DNA from: Octopus bimaculoides
Taxonomy: Eukaryota
DNA length: 64,000 nucleotides
Reading direction: 5' to 3'
Assembly: GCF_001194135.2 (NCBI RefSeq)
Contig: NC_069004.1
Coordinates: forward strand, 35,519,797-35,583,796
A program made the translations under genes and the position numbers. How positions within the stretch are numbered: position 1 is the first letter of the stretch; each line of letters begins with the position of its first letter. Below, in pieces: positions 39,091-64,000 of the stretch. The notes under the pieces are model-generated. The model was not told the origin of the DNA, did no database searches, and saw only the letters and a list, made by a program, of their open reading frames with translations.

Positions 39091-39132
39091 TAGACGTCAT
39101 CACCTCCTCCTTAGCCTCGCCGGCGCATGCTC
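39091..39132 (+). promoter_or_regulatory. Candidate GCDH proximal promoter: CRE-like and NRF1-like motifs
   Basis: AGACGTCA (39092-39099; 7/8 match to TGACGTCA) and GCGCATGCTC (39123-39132; 9/10 match to GCGCATGCGC) in a locally CpG-rich stretch 60-100 nt before the ATG. Confidence 0.35.
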
Positions 39133-39193
39133 AGTGGCTGCAACTGTTGTTAATTGCCTTTTTCTTCTACTTCTCTTCAGAGGCTTTGAATCA

Positions 39194-55522
<16,329 letters not shown>

Positions 55523-55648
55523 ACCACACCCTTAGATGACCACCGCTGCTGATATCACTGTGGGACAATGAAACACAATTTGTTTGCATTCTATCTAATC
55601 TGTTGTATTTAGTGCACAGAGAAAGAAACCAAAAACAGAAAAAGAAAT

Positions 55649-55654
55649 AATAAA
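55649..55654 (+). terminator. Candidate GCDH polyadenylation signal AATAAA
   Basis: First AATAAA about 127 nt after the stop codon, followed downstream by TG-rich sequence. Not transcript-verified. Confidence 0.5.
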
Positions 55655-55778
55655 GAGACAAAAGTCTTCATAGTTACATTATTTTTGTAGCCGAGAGCAC
55701 TTTTAATTTATATATAAATGTCCTATATTGTGTGTGTGTGTGTGTCTATATATTTGAGTTTGCACATATGTATATATG

Positions 55779-55820
<42 letters not shown>

Positions 55821-55824
<4 letters not shown>

Positions 55825-56250
55825 GTCATCCCATAAATAATGCAGTTTTTTTATACTTCTGTTATTTTTCAAAATTAAGATAAAGTTCTTTCTTAATCTA
55901 AAATATGCTCTCCTTCATTTTCTGCAATCCCCATTTACTGCATTAATATTCCTTGCACTTTCGGTTGCGTTGTTGCCTTTATTGAACTCATAAAGCAAAA
56001 TATGCCGAATATACTCCTTTGTCACTTCCATTATAGCTCTGTAAGAATAACTGTTAAAATCGAACTGCACTCTTCAAAACTTGCACTAAGAATAAGGACA
56101 AGGTAAAATTACTATCTGATTTTATAGGAAGTTGATGCAGGTAGTTTATCCTGTCCCCTTCCGACTTTTAGTTAATGCAATTAAAAAAACCACATTATTT
56201 ATGGGATGACCAAATATATATATATATATATTATTTATGGGATGACCCTA
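55821..56250 (-). mobile_element. Non-autonomous internal-deletion derivative of the same mariner family, both TIRs present, plus an extra TIR copy
   Basis: TIR at 55821 and inverted TIR ending about 56213. The interior is the reverse complement of the 12776 element (ttccattatagct..., gttgcgttgttgcctttattgaactc). A further TTATTTATGGGATGACCC occurs at 56231-56248. Confidence 0.9.
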
Positions 56251-56561
56251 TATTCAAAGTAGATCACTTTCTTGCCTTATATTTTTTGGTTTCATTTTGA
56301 AACTAGACATGGTCGTTAATTGTCTGTTTTTCCATGCTGTCATGGTTTGGATGGGAACTGACTTTGAGGCAGGTTATTATAGCTGGATGCTGTTCCTGTC
56401 ACCAACCATCCTCTGTTTTCCAAGCAAAGGATCCTTACATTCCACACATTATCAAGAGTGCAGAGCAGCCAATAGTGATGCCAACTTAAAATGTGAACAT
56501 CTCCATTGTTTCGCTCAGACCAGCGAAATCAAAATATCAACATTCAGACACATCTGTGCAT

Positions 56562-56596
<35 letters not shown>

Positions 56597-57137
56597 TGCA
56601 TGTGATGAACCTACTACAGTTTCTGTTAGCCAAATCCACTCACAAAGTTTGATGAGCCCAAAGCTGTAATAGAAGACACTTGCCTAAAGTACTGTGTTGT
56701 GGGACTGAACCCCAAAACCATGTGATTGCAAAGAACTTCCTTACCACTTGTGTGTATGTGTGTGTGTATAATTCAGCAATTCACTTCATGAATATGTGGT
56801 TTCAAGATCAATCCCACTGCATTTTATCTTAGGCAAGTATCTTTTCCCATAGCCTTAGGCCAATCAATGCTTTGTTAGTGAAATTTGACAGAATACTTAC
56901 AAAAGTCCATTGCGTGTGTGTCTTTCCATTGATAAATACTCGGCTAGTGCTGACACCGTTTATGTCCCTTATAAAAAGATGCCCAGCAGTTTAGTAATTC
57001 AACCTATGAAGTTGTGAAATATTCCATGTTTCTTATAAACAAGTAAGAGTTGGTGTTAGGAAAGACATGTTCCCCCAAGAAATCTGCCTAGAAATATGTG
57101 GACATAACATACACATACACCTACATATATAAGTACA

Positions 57138-57530
57138 GGTGTGGCTGTGTGGTTGAGAAGCTTGCTTCCCAACCACATGGTTCTGGGTTCAGTCCCCTTG
57201 TGTGGTACCTTGAGTGAGTGTCTTTTTCTATAGCCCCAGGCTGATCAAAGCCTTGTGAGTGAATCTGGCTGATGAAAACTGAAAGAAGCCCATCATATAC
57301 AGATGTGTCTCTTTGTCCTGACATTGTGTAATAGTTAGAAATGAATGTCACTGTTGTACAAGTTGTGCCATTCATTTCCAATATTCTACAAAAACATGTC
57401 TAACCAGAGGGAAAAGGTTATTTTGCTTAGAAACAGAGGAGGGTTGAGATCTAACTGTAGAAGAACCTGCCTTGATAAACTTTGTGTGACCCATGTGAGC
57501 ATGGAAAAGTGAGCAATTTGTTGCCGTTCC
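57138..57530 (+). mobile_element. tRNA-derived SINE family B, representative copy
   Basis: TGGCTGTGTGG A-box, GGTTCAGTCCC B-box, then a CORE-like ACCTTGAGTGAGTGTCTT segment. Other copies at about 24770-25010, 25110-25630 (+); 1670-1815, 13500-13575, 14520-14720, 16040-16195, 37640-38052, 43600-43945, 56620-56750 (-). Confidence 0.85.
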
Positions 57531-58440
57531 TTGTCATCTCCTCCATGTGATTTAACATCTTAGGATCAGGTTCCACAACTTCTTCCCATGTCTTCTTCTT
57601 CTTCTTACACAAATTCCTTTCACTGTAGTCGTTTGTCTCTTCTTTGTCCAACTGCCATCCCTCATCTGCATCCCGTCCTCACCAATTCCCTGATTGAATC
57701 TTTCAATTCCTATTCTTCTTCCTCGGTTCACAGACACCCCATCGTTCATTTACAGTCTTCTTGTTTTCTTTTCTGGAAAATAATTGAAGTATCCAGTGTA
57801 TTCATTCGGTTTTGTTTTTTTGTTTTTTGATGTGTAATGTGAAGGTGATTTGGCTGCTTTTTTTAGTAGGTCAAGTAACTGGCTTCTTCATTGGCTCCTG
57901 TAACCTGTTTGCAAGCTAGGTTTGTTGAGGCCAGCAGTTAGAAGAGACTTCAGTGGTGTCTCATTGAAACAGCCATTCCTACCGCTGGATGGTCATCTCT
58001 GCTGCCAACCATTCCACACAATCCAACCCCAATAGACAAACATGAAGTGGGAAATTGAAGGAACCAATAACAGCAGAACTGGTAGTGGTGGTGGTCTTTG
58101 AACTGTCCCCTATTTCAATACAGATGCCTTTTTTTTAGTTTTACAGAAGAGGAAGAACTAAAGTAATTAAAATGAGGTCAAAGTTCATGTGACCGAAAAT
58201 ATTGAAGAGAGCATGTGAGGATTTAAGGGTCAAAGGTTATTTAAGAAAATAAAATATTCTATGAATGGACAATTAGTTTGTAAGAATTTGTTCCATAGAA
58301 ATGTTAAAGGCTTACCTCCTCCCCCCTCCTGCTTCCTCCATCTCTCCAGTCTCCCTTGCTGTCACAATCATTCATAGAACCAAACAGGGCCTCTTAGCCG
58401 TTTGACAGGCTAGAAATAGCAGTCAGAGTCACCCCCGTAA

Positions 58441-59790
58441 ACCATAGTAAAATTGCAAAAAAAAGGTGACTTAAGTGTTTGCGGAAATTATAGAGGAATT
58501 ATGTTATTATCGACTCCCGGAAAAGTTTTTAACAGGATACTTTTGGAGCGGCTGAGGACAGCAGTCGACAAATTGTTGCGTAAAGAACAAGCCGGATTTA
58601 GGCAGAACCGTTCATGTGCAGATCAAATTGCCACTCTTTGCATCATCTTAGAGCAAAGCGCAGAGTGGAATGCACCGCTTTATATTAACTTTATTGATTT
58701 CGAAAAAGCATTCGATAGTGTAGATAGGGAAGGCTTATGGAGAATTATGCAGCACAACGGCATACCAGACAAGTATATATCTATAATAAGAGCAACTTAC
58801 CAAGGAATGTCATGCCGAGTCTTGCATGGGAACGGAGCTACGGATAAATTCGAAGTAAAAACGAGTTCAACAGGGCTGTATACTTTCTCCCTTTTTATTT
58901 CTACTAGTTATAGATTGGATTATGAAGGAAACTACGATTGAAAGCCAAACAGGCATTAAATGGACGGATGCAAAAGCTCTGGAAGATCTCGACTTTGCAG
59001 ATGATATAGCGCTAATTTCACAAACATATAAGCCAAATGCAAAATAAAACGTCAAAATGAGAAGCAATAGCTGCCAAACTAGGATTGAAAGTCAACTGCG
59101 ACAAATCAAAAATTATGCGCGTTAATGAAGAAAACAGTGAACGTATTAAACTAGAAACTGGTGAACTAGAGGATGTAGCCGAGTTTACATATTTAGGTAG
59201 TAAGATAAGGTTCTCAGGCAGCACCGACGAAGATATTAAGATGAGAAATAAGTAAGGCAAGGACCGCTTTTCACCTGTTAAAAAAAGTATGGAGCACAAG
59301 TGTAATTTCAATAAAGAACAAAATAAGAAATTTTAACACTAGCGTAAAAGCGGTTTTATTGTATGAGGTTGAGACATGGTGAACAACAGTTAAGTCAAAT
59401 AAGCGAATACAATCATTCATCAACAGATGCTTGCGTAGTATACTTAAAATCAGATGGACCGAACACATAAGCAATATGGAGCTATGGCAAAGAACGAATC
59501 AAGTTCTGATCAGGGAGCAAATATTTAGTAAAAATTGGAAGTTGATTGGTAGCACAATTAGAAAGGACAGACCAAATGTAGCGAAAAGTGCTTTACAGTG
59601 GAATCCGGATGGATATAGAAAGAGGGGTAGGCCTAAGAACATGTGGTGCAGATCAACACAAAAGGAACTAGAGAAAGGGGGACATTCATGGCAGAGTATA
59701 AGTACAGAAGCGAGAAATTATGCGACATGGAATTCAATTATAAGTGGCCTATACTCCGCGTTGAAGGATTAAAGGCAAGAAGAAGAAGCA
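58441..59790 (+). mobile_element. RTE-clade LINE, 5'-truncated ORF2 (reverse transcriptase to C-terminus), inactivated
   Basis: KKGDLSVCGNYRGIMLLSTPGKVFNRILLERL...QAGFRQNRSCADQI...FIDFEKAFDSVDR...QGCILSP...LDFADDIAL...RGRPKNMW; frameshifts near 58860 and 59035 and in-frame stops. Confidence 0.93.
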
Positions 59791-59949
59791 ACTTTAATCT
59801 TTATGATCTTCAACAGCCACCAATACATGAAGTTGTTTCTGATAAAAGGAAACGAAAACTATCGTCAAATTTAGCCCAAGAAACTTGTGTATATGTCTCA
59901 CATATTTCTAAGCTAAAGTTAATACAGATCTAAACCCCACGGGAACAGC

Positions 59950-60045
59950 TAGCAATAGCCATGTCTCTTCTCCCTGAGTCACAGAACGAATTTCACTCCG
60001 GACGTGGCACAGTGAACGTAATTTTTGCCATCTGTCAACTGCCAG

Positions 60046-60050
<5 letters not shown>
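59950..60050 (+). mobile_element. Short RTE/BovB-like RT fragment
   Basis: LLPESQNEFHSGRGTVNVIFAICQLPEK resembles the BovB-type LPESQCGFR.GRGTVDMIF..RQLQEK; followed by a long A-run. Confidence 0.7.
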
Positions 60051-60083
<33 letters not shown>

Positions 60084-60624
60084 CTGGATATCTTCAATCA
60101 AATCTGGTTTTTGTTGAAATTTAAAGCATCAAAGAATATCATGGTCAGTAATACAGATGACAATGTTGTGTCCAAACCCGACCAAATCCCGTCCCGACAA
60201 ATGAATGACTCATGCGTCTTACCATTTGAAATTTACACTCTACCAGTTTAACATCAACGAGTCTCAACTTGTATCGACCTCTTCCAAGGTCCACCCAGTA
60301 AAATAGAAATTACCCTTTACAACAACCTGAACAAATAAGTTTCCTGCTTTCCATACCTTTCTTATCTTAATCTCATCTTATCTTATCTTCAAATGTGACC
60401 ATCCCCAATGATATCAGCAATAGGAAGTGCTCACTCGATGCCGCGTATGAGAAGCTTCAGCCAAGAGTCTTCAGGAAACACAACCTCAAAACTGCTACCA
60501 AGCAGTCAATGTAATGAGCGGCAGTTATCAACTCAGTTTTCATATTTGTGAGACAAGGCGTGAATTTCTTATCGATGTCACATCAAACTGCTGGGCTTGT
60601 GTCTGAATTACAAACAATTAATAT

Positions 60625-60835
60625 TGTTGTTAAGGTAGCAAGCTGGCGGAATCTAGCACGCCGGATAAAATGCTTAGCAGCATTTCGTTCGTCTTTATGC
60701 AATAAGTTCAAATGTCGCCGAGGTCGACTTTGCTTTTCATCCTTTCGGGGTCGATAAAATAAGTACCAGTTGAACACTGAGATCGATTTAATCGACTTAC
60801 CCTCACCTCAAATTCCAGGCCTTGTGCTAATGGTA
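60625..60835 (+). mobile_element. tRNA-derived SINE family A, representative copy
   Basis: A-box-like TGGCGGAATCT, B-box-like AAGTTCAAATG, core CATCCTTTCGGGGTCGATAAAATAAGTACCAGTTG. Other copies: plus at about 5738-5892, 22335-22550, 22565-22683, 53745-53875; minus at about 1393-1576, 4620-4790, 4812-4960, 12290-12428, 17505-17665, 31012-31212, 33427-33634, 36752-36931, 40585-40800, 53270-53480, 53518-53710. Confidence 0.88.
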
Positions 60836-62208
60836 GAAAACATTATTATTATTGCAGGCAGCAAACTGGCAGAAATCATTGGTGCGTCAGACAAAATGCT
60901 TAAGGCATAATCAAACCCTCTCTTTGAAGCCTGAAAATTCATCCATCTATTTCCTGATTTATCCGCCCCGAACCATTTCTATCTCTCCCACCTTACCCCT
61001 CCCCTCAATACTGATATTTCCCATCAACTTCCATCCTCTCTAATTGTCAACAGGTAAATTCTCTCATTCTTTCTTTCTCTTTTTTTTTCTATCTATCTGC
61101 AAGAAGTCAACAAAATGAAATCTACAACCCATAGAGTGGACCACAGAATGGCAAATAACCCGAGTACACCAACGTGAATAAGCTGTATTGTGGAATTACA
61201 ATAAAAGCAATATCAACTGATATTTTTCTTCCTCTCATTTATTTGTCACATGTAAATCGTCACACTTGTACTCCGAAAGTTTGCTCACGGTCCTAACCAC
61301 AACCATTCTATCTTCTTCCCAGCTACACTCACCCACCCTTAGAAAACGCAGGCTAGCCATGTATCTTCTCTTTTGCAAGACATATACACTTGTCCCCCCA
61401 TCAAACTTTAGCCACTCAATACCTGGTATAAAGCAAACCTTGCTCAAATAGTCTTTTTCTTTTCCCATTTCCTACTCCTTTCCTGTTTTGCAAGTTTCTA
61501 CTAGGTGACCTCAGTAGTGCCGGTGGCGAGAGAAAAGCACCCAGTATACACTGGCGTTAAGAACGGCACCCAGCCATAGAAACAACGCAAAACTGACGTT
61601 GAGGTCTCGTCGCAGCCCTGCAGCTATCCAGAACTTGTCGTTCACCCATAACAGCATGGAGAACGAACGCCAAATGATGATGATGATAATGGTAAAGTTG
61701 TTCGCCCTTCCTTCATTCTCAACTTGGGCCTGGGCTATGCTGGTTACGAACCTGGAATTTCAAAGTCGATTAGGTAAACCCGTAATCCTAGATAGGGGCT
61801 CATTTCGGTGAGTCAACTGAGCTGGGGACTCGTGTAAGACAGGATTGTCACGCCCTAGAATGACGGGTGAGGTTTTAGATCTCACTAAATTAATTTAATT
61901 ACCATAGTCACCAAAAACACAAAATATTTGAAATGTTGCCATTTTACGTACTTATAACGAAAGGTATAATGAGGCAAAAATAATGATTTGGAACTAAAGT
62001 GTAAGTCCACAAACGCTTTAGTAGAGGAGACAGTCAATAAAATCGAAGTTAGTACTTGGAACAAAAAAAAACCAAAACAACAACAAAATGAAATAAACAA
62101 AAGCTGTGAGAAACAAGATCCTCACATTTTTGACCTCAAATCACATAGCAAATTGTTGTCGTAAATAACAACGAGGAACGTTTTTATAGCGGAGCACCGT
62201 TATTGGGA

Positions 62209-62229
62209 TCACATGACATGTCAGCTGAC
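62209..62229. promoter_or_regulatory. Paired E-boxes upstream of MFSD1 (M-box/CLEAR-like)
   Basis: TCACATGAC (62209-62217) and palindromic GTCAGCTGAC (62220-62229), about 650 nt upstream of the ATG. Confidence 0.3.
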
Positions 62230-62871
62230 AAAGTGTGTCAGTGCAGCCTTCTGTGTGTGTGCGTGTGTGTGTGTGTTTGTGTACATTTCACTCACACACA
62301 CATATGTATGAGTATATATACCTCAGTGTGTATATGTGTGTTTGTGTGCGGTGTATATATATATAACGCACTGTTGATTACTTGGCTGTGATCTGTTTCA
62401 TACGACTTATCTCTTCCTCATCATCATTGTAATTCGTTCTTTATCTCTTCCATTTACATCTACACACACACAATCATACATTTATATATGTATATACACA
62501 CTGATCTCTTGTAAATATCGTGTCCAGAGTCTCATATAAACACACAACAAATATATTATATATATATATATACTACATAATTATATATATATGTACGAAG
62601 CACCTGTTTAAGCTCGGACCTTATCTATAATTGTGATTCTCCTCCCGAAACATTTAAATCTCTCTCCCACCCTCTTAGTTTCCCCTTGTAAACACCACTC
62701 CCCCTCTATATATACTCACTAACTCTGTCTCTATCTATCTTTCCCTCTTACTCTCTTGTACTTTATATTACTATATATATCCGCCTGTGTCTTCCTGTGG
62801 TTCTTCTGTCCGCTGCCGTTGTTGTTCTTCTTCGTATCTCACATCTCAAACAAACCCTCAGGACTGCGAAG

Positions 62872-63043
62872 ATGTCTTTAGAGGAGGCTGACGAGAAAAC
62901 GTCCCTGATTCGATCCACTGAACAAGATGCAGACGAAGAGGAAGAAGAAGAATTATCCGGGTGCGGGGCCACTTTACCATGCAACCCCCGTCGGAACTTA
63001 CATCGATACCTCATCCTTTTTATCATGTGTTTCCTTAGTTTTG
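62872..63043 (+). CDS. MFSD1: Major facilitator superfamily domain-containing protein 1 (lysosomal), coding exon 1; gene continues beyond the window
   Basis: MSLEEADEKTSLIRSTEQDADEEEEEELSGCGATLPCNPRRNLHRYLILFIMCFLSF(G), donor G|GTAAGT. Matches the recalled MFSD1 pattern ...CDP...HR..L..MCFL.FG and has an N-terminal [DE]xxxL[LI] motif. Confidence 0.88.
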
Positions 63044-63115
63044 GTAAGTTTTTTTTTTTTTACTTATTTTGTTTTTTTTTTTGCTTTTTTTAAAATTTCA
63101 AATGTTCTCTTCAAC

Positions 63116-63158
<43 letters not shown>

Positions 63159-64000
63159 GTAACTGAAACCAATGCAAATACGAGAACAATAACCACCCCC
63201 ACCATCAACTTTAGCAAACACTTCCACAACCACACTAGAAATAACACATTGGATAACACAAGTTTGAACACAAACAGACGGGATAGCCACGGCTGGCTGG
63301 AATACCTTTGATCATGAGGGTAAACTTGGGCGCTAAACTACAACCACTAATACTGCTACATCAAACAACCACGTTCACCACTATTGCAACCCCCACAGTG
63401 ATCACCACACCGTGGGCTAGAAATAGCAGTCAAACAATATATCCTTCAAATCCAGCTTTACCGCCCTTTTTACACTGAGACGTCAGAGTATAGATAATGC
63501 AATGACCAATTTTTCCCTTGAAAAACACGGCTGGGGTGTCATTGGTCATCTAGATCGTTTGACCAGGGTTGACGGAACAGCAGCTACAGATGCCCTCACC
63601 ACCAACAACAATAACCTGTGTTTAAACACCTCCCACAATAACAATAACAGCAATTATTATTTACTGGTCACCGTCTAGTTAATTAGTGGAGCGTGGCGAT
63701 TATAATGACAAGGTGTGTGTGTGTGTGTGTGGATTTGGTCTGAGATCCTAATATATTCTAACAAAAAAACTAGGGTGAAATAATGTGTTGTGTGTGTGTG
63801 TGTTTAGCCCCAAATTAATGCTTTGCTCTTGTTCCTAAATCCATCCATCCATGTTTTTCTGTTTGTTATGTTGTCGTAGAATCTTTGGAATATCATTTAC
63901 GTAAGGCAAATAATATATATATATAATCTGGAGGTCCCACTACGAATTACAAAAACATTAAATGAACTGCTTTAAAATTTTCCATTGTTATTTGTAAGTG

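Noticed and set aside
57138-57215. tRNA-like A-box/B-box sequences (here and at other SINE heads)
   Set aside because: They continue into SINE bodies present in many copies and do not form a full cloverleaf by eye; not called as tRNA genes.

Overview
Eukaryotic, AT-rich, microsatellite- and SINE-dense genomic DNA with six assembly gaps. The repeat landscape suggests Octopus or another coleoid cephalopod (inference, not a database result). Three spliced protein-coding genes were reconstructed by hand. (1) AGPAT5 on the minus strand: coding exons 1-7 at 28055 down to 12584; the terminal exon was not found. (2) A complete 11-coding-exon GCDH (glutaryl-CoA dehydrogenase, 443 aa) on the plus strand, 39194-55522, divergent from AGPAT5. 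(3) The first coding exon of MFSD1 (lysosomal MFS transporter), plus strand, 62872-63043. The rest is transposon debris: several tRNA-derived SINE families, RTE, L1/Tx1-like, R4/Dong-like and Penelope-like retroelement fragments, Tc1/mariner pieces, piggyBac-like and other MITEs, and palindromic fold-back elements. The most notable non-standard signals are degenerate type-I hammerhead-ribozyme architectures in Penelope-like repeats, a possible decayed HDV-like fold in an RTE 5' end, long intronic hairpins (potential ADAR substrates), a relocated GCDH intron, and a CLEAR/M-box-like pair upstream of MFSD1. No CRISPR array, rRNA or true tRNA gene is supported. I see no convincing wholly new biological system; the findings below are candidates. 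Repeat boundaries are approximate; exon boundaries were read base by base.
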